Shown piece after piece: positions 49,960 through 62,960 of a stretch of DNA of 64,000 nt. Both the position numbers and the translations under genes were made by a program. How positions within the stretch are numbered: the first letter of the stretch is position 1; each line of letters starts with the position of its first letter. Source of the DNA: Raillietiella orientalis (Eukaryota); the NCBI GenBank assembly GCA_036172245.1, contig JAYWIR010000020.1, forward strand, positions 2,480,001 to 2,544,000. Reading direction: 5' to 3'. The notes beneath the pieces were generated by a model. That model was not told the origin of the DNA and made no database searches. It saw only the letters and a program-made list of their open reading frames with translations.

Positions 49960-51800
49960 GCGTTCTTCCCGCTCACCCTGCCAAGCCTGCCACCAGGGTG
50001 GCATCGGCTGCAAATCAGCGTAAGTAGGAACATCCGTGTCGTTTATGGTTTTCGAAGAACAATGTCCAGCCTCATGAGAGAAGAAAAGATAAGAAAGTCC
50101 GAACCTCGGACAGGTGTCGGAAAAAAGAAGACTTTCTCTCCCGATGCTCGCAAGTGGACTGAATCTTCGAACACGGGTAAGCGAAAGAGATTAGTGTTTG
50201 GCGCGGTATGTTGCAAGGATGAGGAGGGGGAGGGGGACAGAAGCAAGAAAAGGAAAGAAAAAGTCTGCAACGGTTTCGCGTTTTCCAAACTCCTCAGCGA
50301 AGGCACTCGACGAACCTGCGTGTTTCCTGGATTGGACCTTGAAAGAGACCTACTGACTCGGGAAAGGCAGAGAAACAGATCGTAAACACCGCTGCCATTG
50401 GCGTAAGGTGGATAAATCAACAAAGTCACAACAGTGACGTACCGAAAAAATTCAGGGGAACGATTTCAATGTTCAAGGTTCGCGCTTCGGTCGGCTCTGA
50501 CCATGATGGTCACTTGGTCTCCCGTTGAAATCCTCCGTCCATGTTTCCGACAACAGGCAACTCGACTTGTAGTGCGTCGAGATGGTGGAACTTGCAGATG
50601 CAAGAGAGAAGGTCTTGCAGCCGCGAAGTTTTATCACCAGGACGCCAGGGCGTTTGTATCATATAGGTAAACCAGCTGGGGAAAAGGGTACCAACCAAAG
50701 ACAGAGGAAGGTTTCGAGGAGCGTCCGCCGACACGCAAGTAGGAATCTCTAAGACCCCGGGACAGGAAGGAAGGGACAACAAGTAAATATGGAAACACGG
50801 GGGGGGATCGGGAACGGTGCCTCTCCTTCCTAAGAAAGGAAAAAACAACAGGGAAAGGTTGAGAGCGAATGGGGAGGGGACAAAAAATCAATAAATGAAT
50901 AAGCAGGGTATGTAGGGAGATGCGTTACCGGTGTTGGCCATTCCTTGTTTCCAGAACGGACGTTGGATGCCGGCAATCTCTGCCTTCACTTCCCCTTCCA
51001 GATGAGGTCACCCGTGGCCACGAAGTAGGAAGGCATTTCTGATCAAGAAGTTCACGATTCGAACGGTAGTTGCTAACGCGTTCCGTGCGCCGTTGCTAGG
51101 GTCTTTTCGGCTCAGTTCGAACATGCAGTTCGAGGCGAAACTCGCTGTTCGCAAGAGAGCGCTTTGGGAGTTGAGCACCCTTTGATGAAAGGAAAAGCTG
51201 ATCGCCCGAGGCAGCTGACGTCGACCCAGCGGTCGAATCCTCGGCTCGAAACACACGACAAAAAGATGGCACCGACGCGTTTCGCGTCGGAGGACGGAAA
51301 CGTAGTGTCCTGGATCCGTCATCATCTTCTTGGTTTTTGCGGAGTCGGATCCGTGCCTGTCTCCATGAGAACGGACGTGCAAAATCCAAAATTTATCCAG
51401 CGCCGGAAAACGCTTTCTCCGAAACTTCGTCTCGGAAAGCTGTTCGCGCCGCTTCCGAAATTTATGACGCTTGAGAAAGTCGCACAGTAATGGACACACC
51501 TGCGTATCCACTGGACCTGGACGGAGGGAAACGGCTGCGAACACATGAAGCTGAGCCGCAGATCCGGGCTCATCTCCTCACTCGTTGGAAAAGGATGCGT
51601 GAACAGCGCCCTCCTCTGCTGGAAGCCATGAGGTCGGCCGCGTGATGGGAACGTCGTTCGAGATCCCCTGTGGCTCCGCGCTCCCATCCGGAAAAGGAAC
51701 ACCAAGAAACGAAGAGTTCGAAAAGCGAAAATCGTCGAAGCGTCACCTTTTGCAGATCGCACAGCGCAGAACGCACGAGATGAAAATCATCTGCTTCAAA
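49960..51800 (-). pseudogene. Decayed LRR gene pieces split by a GC-rich 3' end
   Basis: SCICKFH (LRR N-cap-like), NIEIVPLNFF, VPSLRSLE, LIFSSLMRLD and FGESVF. Confidence 0.35.
50629..50900 (-). repeat. GC-rich family 3' end
   Basis: The minus strand has gtcccttccttcctgtcccgg...cttgcgtgtcggcgg and the terminal tacaaacgccctggcgtcctggtgataaaa (50629-50658). Confidence 0.65.
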
Positions 51801-52633
51801 ATAATCGTGGAAGGAGCGTGGGGGGGAAAGAGGGGGGGGGGGAGGTTTTTCCAGAAAAAAAAAAGAGAAGTCTCTCAGCATCTCGACTGGGACACATGAG
51901 TCACTGAAGAAAGCACGAAGATTTATTGAAGCATTCCTAAATTGTAATCCAATGTCGGTCGAACTGTAGCCTCAGGCGCTCTGAGAAACAAATCCGTTTG
52001 TCGTCAACACAACAGAGAAGACAGAAAAAGCTCTGTTCCTAGGAGGAAAAAGTTAATAGAATAATCAAAGATGAGCTGGAGTTGCTTCATTTAATTTCGG
52101 GTTTTCTCGCGTATGCACCACGCTCAGGAAGAGCGGGCGAACACTTTGTGTGTAAGGTGTCTTGAGAAAGAGAGGGAAAAAAAAAAAAATGCACGAATCC
52201 CCAGCTATGAAAAAAAGGCATCTTTTCGGTATTCGATTTCAGACGAACAGGTGAAGGCAGAAGCTTTACTCTCTTCTGCTTTTGCTTTTTAGGTTCCTTG
52301 GACTTTTTCCTTTGCTTTTTTACTTTTTCCCTGAAACAACCGGCTTGGTTCATGTCTTTTCGACCATTCTTCCAGGCAACTCTTTGATCATATCGCTTCC
52401 CCCCACCAATCAGACACCTTTTTGCATGTCTTCTCTGCACGAACAATTTGATTTTACAGCTATGAAAGTGCACATCGGTTTCATACACTTTTTTTTCCCC
52501 CGGGAAACGCTATCTTGTAAGTGGAACTGCCAGTGAGGTCCGCATTGCCAAGGAGGTGCAGCCTGGCGTGCTCGTGTCCGAAAAACAACGAAGAGCTTCG
52601 AAATTCTCCGTGCATGGAAGGCGAACAGCACGC

Positions 52634-53966
52634 GAAGAGTTTGACTTGGTGCCTCCTTATATTGTATTATTTTCTCAACGGCTCTTCAACAGCAGAAGGT
52701 CCACTTCATACTTGAGGAACGGACAAAATATAATAACCTTTTCCTTCAATATGAGTGGCCAACAACAACAACGACATTGGAAGAATGAATCGGAAAGGCG
52801 AATCAAACTGAGCATTTCGGAATAGGCTGTTTCCTAAAACACCCCATTGATTTTACATTTGGTAGCAGCTCTAGGGATGCAATGTTGCTCGCGTTGCCCC
52901 TCACTTCCATGTGAGGGGCTGTTGGTCGTCCGGCCAACAGAGGGAAGAGGAGAACTGTGTCCTTGAGGCTGTTAAAAGTCCATAGCAGTTTGGGTTTCCT
53001 GAACCCTACTGCTAATGGCCCAGTTTCGCAGTGTCGGACATTCTCTTGGGAACTGGGACTCTAATTTTCCCTCACCTGGAGTATTCGGGACAGTCCCAGC
53101 TTGCCACGCTCAGTACCATACTCACAGTCACCGATGAGATTTCAGCCGTTTTCAGCCTCCTCGTAATTTCGAAAGCTCGCCTTCTTCTAAGTGGCCTTCC
53201 ATGATAACCGCATCCATGAGTTACGGATTCCTGTTTTATATAATGTTGCAAGCGTTACTGCACTCCACAGGGTTACTGCACTGCTTGCCAAAGAAAGCAG
53301 CGATGAAGCACCTCGAGATCCGAAACAAAATTGCCAAAGAAAACTGTAGATAGCTTTGAATGAAAGCTTTGTACTATGGTAAGGCTTGCAACTATCCCAA
53401 GCACTAGGGTTCCCGGTCTCCGAATTTCCTGTTCTGCCACTGAAGAACAGGAAGGAGGAAGAACCAGTTAACAGAACTCAGACATGAGAATCGTAGTTCA
53501 AGCGGGCAGAAGAAGATTTGTGGCGAAAACCAAGCAGACCAAAAGATGCGCCATCACTTGTAAACGTTTCCCACACATGGATCATTAGTAGTAGGGTTCA
53601 GGAAATCCAAACTGATATGGATTTTTAACAGCCTCAAGGACACAGTTCTCCTCTTCCCTCTGTTGGCCGGACGACCAACGGCCCCTCACATGGAAGTGAG
53701 GGGCAACGCGAGCAACATTGCATCCCTAGAGCTGCTACCAAATGTAAAATCAATGGGGTGTTTTAGGAAACAGCCTATTCCGAAATGCTCAGTTTGATTC
53801 GCCTTTCCGATTCATTCTTCCAATGTCGTTGTTGTTGTTGGCCACTCATATTGAAGGAAAAGGTTATTATATTTTGTCCGTTCCTCAAGTATGAAGTGGA
53901 CCTTCTGCTGTTGAAGAGCCGTTGAGAAAATAATACAATACAAGGAGGCACCAAGTCAAACTCTTC
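52634..53966. repeat. Inverted duplication: arms 52634-53022 and 53578-53966 (389 bp), spacer 555 bp
   Basis: Direct reverse-complement comparison shows about 2 mismatches in the outer ~340 bp and 6 in the inner ~45 bp. Confidence 0.96.
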
Positions 53967-56159
53967 TCTTCAGCTCTGCCAGTCACGGGTGTTCCCGAAA
54001 GATTGCGCAAGGCCCCACAATTTCAATGGCACTTGGCATTGTCTGCTAGAAGGAAGAAGCAATGAATCACGTGACATCGTTAGAAATTAATCTGAAGTGT
54101 TGGCGAATTTTCTCAGAGGACAGCTGGCTTCTCGGATAAACCGTTTCCAGTCGAACGCTCCGGTTCGCAAGTGACTGCTTGCTTATTCAAGACTCCGTTA
54201 TGCAACGCATTTGTTTGCAGTGTTATGTACAGTACAGGGACAGCTTACTGATGGAGCGTTTCACCTCCTTATCCACGAAGTGCACGATCCGCACAGGATT
54301 ATCTCGATCTTGAAAAACTGGGCTTTTTGGCACGTCACAGCAACCTTCACTCCTTTCACATAGCCATAAATTCATATTTTGTCTTTGAAATGATAAGGAG
54401 ACGACAAGGAAGGCAGGTTATGAAATCTTCTACCTCCGGAGCCGATTAAATTTTTTGACCCTAACGACAACCAACTTGAGCTTTTTAGCCCAAGACATGA
54501 AAGATGATTCGTGCCCTACTAAGTTTCAAAAATGGGCAAAATTGATTTCGATCACTGCTTTTGTAATTCAAGCTAAAAGGAAGATGCTGAATGGACGGAG
54601 GCATTGGCTTGGAGTAATGGAAACACACCTTGGTTCACGCTCTTCGTAACGTGCATCAGTTATCCCTTGATTCGCCCTCTAGGTAATTTCTCCTTAACCT
54701 TTAGAGTAAAACGATTCATCTTTTTCTCAGGCAACAAAAGAAAAAACTCCTGAAGGAAAAAAATGCGTGTACAAAGTAGAATTTCGATACAAACAATTTC
54801 CGGCAAAATTGCTGATGAAAGACATTGTACATTGCATCTGCATTTCGAAAATCTCTGAGTATCATAATGTATTCTTTCCTCACGGGTAAGTGGTTAAAAA
54901 TATGCTGAAAGATGATGAAGTTTCTGAGCAACAGCTTCGACGGGGCATCAAATTATAAGGCGAATGAATGTAATCAATCAACAAACATTTCAGCGATCCC
55001 TTGCGTAGAAATACACATTCATACCGTTGACCTGAGTTTTTGATGATGCAGGTTAGATAGAGTATCAGGGATGGGGAACTGCTTTGAGAGTGATGAGAGA
55101 GCAGCCGAGAATCTGGAGTAAATAAGGAACCATTCATCGGAAGAAATATTCAATTCACTTTCGATGGATTTCGAATTCTGTTTATACTCTGGAAGTCGCA
55201 CTTGTACGGAATCAAAGAAGAAGAAAGAGAGAGAAGATCGTTCCATTCAGAGATGTGCTCCCAATGAATGGTTTCAAAATTGTCCTTTTTTTTGTTTTTT
55301 GTACACCCATCTTAGCAACCGTTTGATTGGAAGTGCATTTTCATGATGATTGCAACTGTTACAAAGAGTAGTGGGGGAGATCTGCCTATTTGTTTACTTA
55401 ATCTCTTGTCAAATTGGTGTGATTACCGGCAACTGACATTGGCAGTAACCATAGCAATGTTTTCTCTCTTCCATTTGACGATGGTGCAATCCATCGTGCA
55501 GCTAGCTGTAAAACTGGAGGAAAAAAAAAAACTTTCCCACCGTTTGGGAAAAATTGGGAAAAAAATAAAAATAAAAACCAAAGGACGTAAGACTTGGATA
55601 AAATCACCTATGAAAATCAGGGGAACACGAAAAAATTTTCGATGCCACAGCAGAACTCCAGATGACTATCTGAAAAACATGCTTTTGGAGTTTTGGAGCC
55701 ATGGGAATTAGTCTTGAATTTTTTTCGATGACCAGGAAAATCAAGTTGGTGGTGCAGAGAAGTGAGACCAACACTATGCCTGATTTTATATCATCACAAA
55801 TTCTGGACGCGGAGCAGTAGACATTTCGCGCTGAAGGGAAACTCACTGTTCCCTTAAGATCACTTAAGGGAACGGCGGATTTTTCAGCTTACCCTTTGCA
55901 AACCACTCACTTTCAGAAAACCCAGCTGCCGTGCCATTTCAGACCAACAGGCCAAAAACTTAAAGCTCTCATTTTGCACACTGCTGAGTGCTTTTAGGGT
56001 CCGCCTTCATACCATCCCGTTTTTGCATTTCTCAAATTTCGATCCAGTTGTTCTTTAGAGTGCTTCCACCGAGCTTTCCAAAACGATGGCAAGAGAGAAA
56101 CTTTGAAGGAAGGGAATCTTAGGAAAAATGCTTTGTTTCCTCCAAACATTTTTTTGGAG

Positions 56160-56340
56160 ACATATGTTCGGGATCCCCTATCCCCTACCTTCCTCCGCAG
56201 CCTTCCTGGGTCCATAAGCTGATGCTCATGGGGTTACTCCCTGATTTGAAGGGTTGTATGCACCCTCGGGCGGTGTGGACAGCGTTAATGAGGTTTGTGA
56301 CCCCCTCCTAAGGAGGCGAACGGTTCTTCAGTACCTGGAG
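56160..56340 (+). repeat. Conserved structured module, copy 4
   Basis: gccttcctgggtccata...ggcggtgtggacagcgttaa...cctcc-taa-ggagg-cgaacggttcttcagtacc parallels gccttcctggattcgta...ggtggcgtgggacagtgttaa...gtgcgac-tcca-gtcgcac-gacggttctttaggtac at 41710-41842. Confidence 0.65.
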
Positions 56341-56679
56341 AGCCAAAAGAAGGAAGAAGAAAAAAGCTGGAAGGGAAGCAGCGAAAACGGAAGAATCCAA
56401 AGGATTTCTATCATCATTCTATGAATTCTGTATTCTAAGAACCAAGAAGAACCAATCGCATGCTCAGAATTTTTTAAAGTCTTACAGTAAGAGAAGGATC
56501 CATCAGAGTAGACTGCCAAACTACTACAAGCCATAATTCATTCAATAGCAAAGAAAGAGTAATGTAGATCCTTTTCTTTTGTGCGTCCATCATCTTCAGA
56601 TTTAATCAGCTAGCGGTGAGCGCGAAACCACGGGATAGGAAAAATGTAGAGGAGTTGTTCCTTCATTTACCCTGCCTTG

Positions 56680-57800
56680 GTTTTGCTCCATTCTCGAATC
56701 CATTCCCGAATTCTGTTCCTGATCTTACGGGAAGCGGAATCTCGCAATCAAAAGCGCCAGAGTCTTCAGGCATTTCGGCGGATTATTTGGTGCCAGAAAC
56801 TCTTAGCCATCCGCTCTCAAATTTCTCGATTTCCATTTCCATCTTTGGTAGCTTGTACAAAAATGCCGCATTCAGAGGTTTCCTATGCTTCCCCTTGAAG
56901 CACTGGTTGGAATACTGGAAAGTTTCAGAAGTTCTGCTTGCTTCCCAGCCATCCGTTTCCGGATGCGAAAATCCAAGAAAAGCTGTCTCAGTTTCCTCAA
57001 CGCGTTTCAGTCTGTAGACGGGAGTCTTGGCATGCGTGCAGTGAAGTGTTCAGGCAGCGTAGTGCCAGCAACTCTGCGCAAGAACCTATGCTAAGAGGCG
57101 GTGGAAATGTTCTTCCTTCCAACGGACTCTTTGAGGTACTTTTCCGTTTCCGTTTCCTCGAAAGCAAAAGCTCTTCTCTGTTTGGAATGTTCAGCCACGG
57201 CCCATCCCACAGTTTCTTGCCGTTTGTACTCCTTTGCATTCCTAAATAAAATCCAATGAACTCCAAATCAGTGAAGAAAGTGATCTTCAGCTTTTTTCCT
57301 GTGTTTTCACAGTGATTGTGTTTCATGTTTTCTTTTCACTGCTTCAACTCACCCTCCTTTCCTGTTTTCAGAAAGAGGATGAAATGGAAACCGAACCAAT
57401 GCTACTGACCAAAATCGTGATAGATTACGCAAAAACAGCCTCTTCTCTCGCTTCAAGCCCTGTGACGTGGCTTTCTTGTTTGATTGCAGTTTTCCTTTTC
57501 CACTTGCTCTGTTCGGTAAACGGATGGTATCGACCTGCTTAGACACTTTCCTGAAGAATCGCATCCACCTTATTGTCTCGGGATCGCCATTTCTAGCCGG
57601 CTGTTATCCATGCTAGAGTTCAGAGACTTCATTCACCATAGAAGTGTAAATTGCTCGCAATTCCTGTGTCAGAAGAAGCGCGCGGCAGAGCATCAGCAGC
57701 TTCACGGGGATGCTGAACCGCCGCTCTGTTTCGTTCGAAAGGAAAACCAGTCGAGCCGTCCAAGAGAACGTGTTTTCCTCTGTACCATTCGGTGTTGGGA
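56680..57800 (+). pseudogene. Possible LRR-GPCR remnants
   Basis: DLTGSGISQSKAPES, the hydrophobic VTWLSCLIAVFLF and QFLCQ; intron-like T tracts. Confidence 0.25.
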
Positions 57801-59348
57801 ATGCAAAACATTACCCGAAATAAATTCGCAAGTTGTCGGTTTTACGATTGTTTGTTTTCTGCTTCCAGAAAAGCGAGGCAAATAATTCGATTCAATGGAA
57901 GATTTCCACGTCGGATGCCAAGCTGAATGGAGCCGTGGGGGAACATTCTAGTTCACTTCTACGTGTTTTCAGCGCTTTCCGATTTTTAAAGTAGTTTTCT
58001 CTTGAAGGGAGAACGCCAATTAGGTGATTCGATTCCATTTGAAATGCAGCATTTGTTTGCTGGAGTTGCGTCAAACCTACGTCAGATTCGGGATTGAAGA
58101 AAGGAAAGCATTTTAAATCAATCCATTCGAGTTTATGAGTTCCTTCATTGGTCATTACCTACTCCACAATTACATGGAGTTGATTTCTGAGCTTTCTCTG
58201 CATTCCCATTGATCACAAGTTTCTTTCGAAAGAAGCAATAAACAAACCATCGCTGGAAGATACGAAAAGCATCGAAGAAACTGGATGCGAGTGATAAAAT
58301 GATACCTGCGTTTCCTGTCAAAGCTGTTATCTACAAATTTCATCAGTCAGGAATTATAAACTGGCAACTGTTCGTTCTTCACTTTGTAACAAACAAAAAC
58401 AAAAAAAGAGGCAAGGAATCTTATCATTTGCATTCACTCTGCATCACTAGTTCGTGCAATGTTCCAGGGAAAGCGCCCCTCCATTGCAGGATCTTACGAT
58501 TCCTATAGAAAGAAAACCAGATCACCATCTGGAAGTCTGAAGGTGAGAACCGGTTCAAATGCAGGCATTGGGGAAAACCGGGAATTTGGGAGGAGAACCA
58601 GGTTGTTCTTCAGTGTTCTACGACTTCCAGTGACCTTCTGAATTCCGAGTGAACTGACTCTCTCGCGTTGTTGGTTTGTAGCCGTGTGGAAAGCAGCGAA
58701 GGAGCCATTCAAATTCCAGAAAATATGGCGGTAATCGCTGCACCAAAAGGACCGACTGTACAGGTTTCGTCTAGTTTACCCACGTATTATGGCAAAACAT
58801 TTTCTTTGAGAAGATGGAAACTATGATCAGAATTTCTGGTTGTAAAGCACTGCTTTATTGACGGTTCAGAATTTCTTTCTTAAAAAGTCAGAATACCCTC
58901 TGGAAAACGCGGCTTTGCATCACCATCTCCAAGAATGTCCATTCACTAATCGCTGATCATTATCTTGGCCTCGACAAAGTCCGGTACTTTCGCAGCGTTT
59001 TGTTCGAAACCGGGAGCTTCCTTATCGTTATTCCCTTTGTCCTACGTGATTCCGATGGCCACTGGTAAAAGTCTGAATAGGCAAACAATCCATCGCTCCA
59101 GAAAACGTTAGGATTTTCTAGAAGCAGCAGACGTTGAACACGTTGCAGTGGGAAATGGGAAAAGAGGTATTCGAAAAGAGCCAACTCTTCTTTTACTAAT
59201 TATAGGTAAAAGTAACGAGCAGTTCCGTGGCATCGACTGTCCCCGCTAACTCGATACAAAAAATACCTGGACACCTTTGTGGTTATCCAAAGAGCAACCT
59301 TTGTACCTTTGTAAAGTGGTTCAGCAATGAAAGGTTCCATGTAGAAAA

Positions 59349-59392
59349 TGCAGCCCCCACTCTGCAAGTATGCTTGCAGAGTGGGGGCTGCA
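59349..59392. repeat. Perfect 20-bp inverted repeat with 4-nt loop
   Basis: tgcagcccccactctgcaag-tatg-cttgcagagtgggggctgca. Confidence 0.9.
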
Positions 59393-60431
59393 ATTTTTGA
59401 AAAAATAATCCAATGTTGACTTTTTCACTATTCTGATGCACTTTTCCAAAGTTCAGCCCTTGAGGAGGAACTGCTTCTTACAGTCCCTATAGAAGTTCCA
59501 GGTTTACAGGACTTTACCTATAACTTTCCTTAAGGCTGAGTACTTCGAAATGGTATGATGGAACGGTATAATGGAAGCGGCTTTCCTCGGACCACTGAAG
59601 CTAGAGTATGGAATGAATACATAGAAAACAAAAGAAATCTGCAGTGCAAGTTTCCCGATTGGAGGAACAGCTTTCCTTGAGTGAACAAATTTCGGGAAAT
59701 TCGGGAAAAAGAGTCAGAAAATTCCAGAAAATATTGCGGCAATCGCAATGAAAGGTTCAGGACATGAGGGTAAAAATCTTTAGGTCTTTGGGTGAAAATT
59801 TTATGTATATTTTAAGGGAAAAGAGAAATACCGTAAGGGAGGAAAGCCACATAGGAGCCACGTCTTTTTTATGAAAACCATCAGTGTGGAACGTTCCATG
59901 ACATAGCCCGGGAAGAGCAGAATTCAAGTAAGAGAGATCCTCAGCAACAACGAGTGCAATAACGAAGAAAAAAACAAAATGAATTCAGGACGAAAGCTTC
60001 AAATCATTTTCAAAAGGAAAGTAATACGTTATTCAAAATACTTTCAGAAATTAAGCATCAAGGATGCTATTCAAGGAGAATTTTTTGCAAGTCTTCCGCA
60101 TTCTCTCTGAAAAAATACCCTCTTTGAAAACAAGATCCAACCGACCCTTATCCTTCAAAACAGGATTTTAGATTCTGTTTTACAAGATCACTTTTACAAG
60201 GAGTGTTCGAGGACACTCTCTCTCAGTCGATATTCCTGATTCTCTAATTAATAAGAATCATAAAACTCCTAAAATTAAAATTATTGTTACCACCGTATGT
60301 CAAGGGAAAAGCCGAAACTTACCGAGAAGCCCAGCCATGCGGCACTCTTATTCAAATTCCGCAAGTCGTCAGAAGGGACTGAGAAAAAAACGGAAGAATT
60401 TTGTATGTTCGCAGTTTCGCTCGTTCGAAAA

Positions 60432-60477
60432 AAGGACTTCTTAAAAGAAGGCTCAGGCCTTCTTTTAAGAAGTCCTT
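60432..60477. repeat. Perfect 21-bp inverted repeat with 4-nt loop
   Basis: aaggacttcttaaaagaaggc-tcag-gccttcttttaagaagtcctt. Confidence 0.9.
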
Positions 60478-62901
60478 CTTTCTCTCGCCAGCCTGGATGC
60501 AAATGGTCCAAACTGAAACACCTGCAGGATGACAAGCAGATGCTGAGATGGCGTATCCAAAAAATTCCAAACACGCTTTACGCGAGTGGCTCCAGCATGC
60601 AGGATGAGACGACATGGATGCAGCGCGGGGCACATGGAGGGATGAATCGAAGATCCATCCAATTCACCAGCAGGAAGAAGCCAAAGTGCTGCCGGGGTTC
60701 CTCTGGGAAATGATGACAACTGCCAGGGAGCAGGCAAAAGAAGGCAGCTTTTCTCTTTGTTTCTTTTTTTTCCAGCATGGCGAGCATTTTTCAATCTGTG
60801 TTGGAGAGTTCATCTTCAAACCAATTTATTTACGGGATGAGCATGTTTCGTTGCATAAGCAATTTACGATCGCATAAGGAATGTTCCTTCAGCGAAATCT
60901 GCTTCTCGTGCAATCAAATGGTTCCAATTAAATTGGAATGTATTTAGCGAAATACCTCGGTCGCTAGGACTGCTGACCAATACACCTTGGAAGAAGAAGG
61001 CACATAGCACATCTGTTGACAAATACCCAAGTCGCCCACCTTGTACATAAAACTTCTGGTCCGTATTTATAGACTAGCAACCATCCACTGTAAGTCTAAA
61101 TGTGAAGATAAGCATAAACTTAGAATGAGTTACAGATTCATCTGCAATGATGGACCCTGTCGAAGAAGATTCAAATGGAAGGACAGCAGTACTTCCGCTT
61201 GGAATCATTTATAGATTCTATAATTGAATTCTATAAATCATTTCTAATATCAGGATAAGAAATTCTTCCTACTATACAACCTAAACTGTAGGATGCATCC
61301 GCATAAACGAACAAGAAGATATTCCCATTCAGATTGTCCTGATGACACTGAAGACAGATTCCATTCTTTTCAGGGGAAAACTTGTTGAGACAGTAAGGGA
61401 TCGATCAGCTGTATGGAAGATTATTCCACGAAGTACATCGTATACGCCTGCAAAAGAATCTCGAAGCTTGAATTAGCATTTTTATATAAGATCAAACCTC
61501 GCTTTGGATTCTTATGGACTATTTTCCAATAGACAATTCCCTTGTTTTCTTTTTTTTTATTTCTAGTGTAAGGATAAAAGCAAGATTAAAATGGCTGCTG
61601 TTTCATGATTAGTACTACTTTAAAGAATAATTCTAAAAATTAATTCGAGCAATCGTTCTCACGTTGAATTATAAATTATCTTACAAATTTCTCATTTAGC
61701 TGTTCTTTGTTCATTCTGAGGGGAGTAATCCAAGTTCCTAATGGATTTTCCATGAGCTCATAGTTTGCTTGCTGTATTTTGTTTTTTTTTTTCGTAGTCA
61801 GTCATTTCTAAATACGATGGGTGTTCAGCATCAAAATGAACTCCCATGCATGCTACTCCTCTCATCCTCCTTGATCTCTGAGAATAGTAGCTCTCTTTAT
61901 TCGTTGCTCAGCGCGTGAATAGTTTGGATGATAAACATGAACTGGTCCAGTTCTTATGGATGAACAATTCTGAATGAACCGATTTCCAATTCGATTTTGA
62001 CTGCAAAAATCCATGAAATGCTTGTCCTCTCCTTTATTGTGTACGGATGATCAACTTCGTCATGCATTCTCATCGACTTCATGTCGTTTTTTTTTTTTTT
62101 TTTTTTTACAGCTTTTAAAAAAATCCTAGTTTATGGAAATTATCATTATTTCATGAACCCTCGCACTGTCATCCGAAGTGCTGCAGATGGCATGTGCTTA
62201 TCGATTGAAAAATGACAGATATGCCCTCTTTTCTTTTTTCGAGCTGAACTGTCCACGGAAATCGGAATATTTTGTTATGCTATCCTTCCTAGTCCCTAAC
62301 AGTAAATCCTCAATGGGTGCGTTGGAATTGGTCCAGACTTTCCTGGTTCAGCTCACGTGCTCTTACTGCTGTTCAGTGGAAATCCTCGAATCTGGGAAAT
62401 CATCTCCGGAAAAATCTTGATTGTCTTTGCGTGTTTTCCTCATTGGAATTTCAACAGTCTGGGGAGGGCGTTTGCGATGCAATCATTGCACTGCTTCTTC
62501 ATCACATCCTTAAAAGCATGATGCTCATAACGTGTCGAAAACACGATGAGCATTATCGGAGATGGTGCTCATCATGGATCCCGAATATCGCTTTGAACCA
62601 TGAATAGCTTTTGCTTCATTCGTGGGAAAACACATGAGGCGGCCTTCTCATCTCCATTCCGAAGCTGTGAATCATAAGCTCATCTGTATTCTCTCTATGG
62701 AGCCCTCCTCAAGTTTCAGAACGACTCTGGTTATGTCGAAGTCAAGGACTCCTCAAATGAACTTATTTATTACATATGCTTTTGTTGTGCACCTTTTTTT
62801 TGCATTGTAGATGTGTTTTTTTGCATTCTTAATGGAGCCAGGACCGCTCCATTCGAGAGAAGAGTTTCTATTCATTTACCATGTTTTCATTTCTAGGATT
62901 C

Positions 62902-62960
62902 GTTTGTTTGTTTGTTTGTTTGTTTGTTTGTTTGTTTGTTTGTTTGTTTGTGTGTGTGTG
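62902..62960. repeat. Microsatellite (GTTT)n(GT)n
   Basis: Directly visible. Confidence 0.95.
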
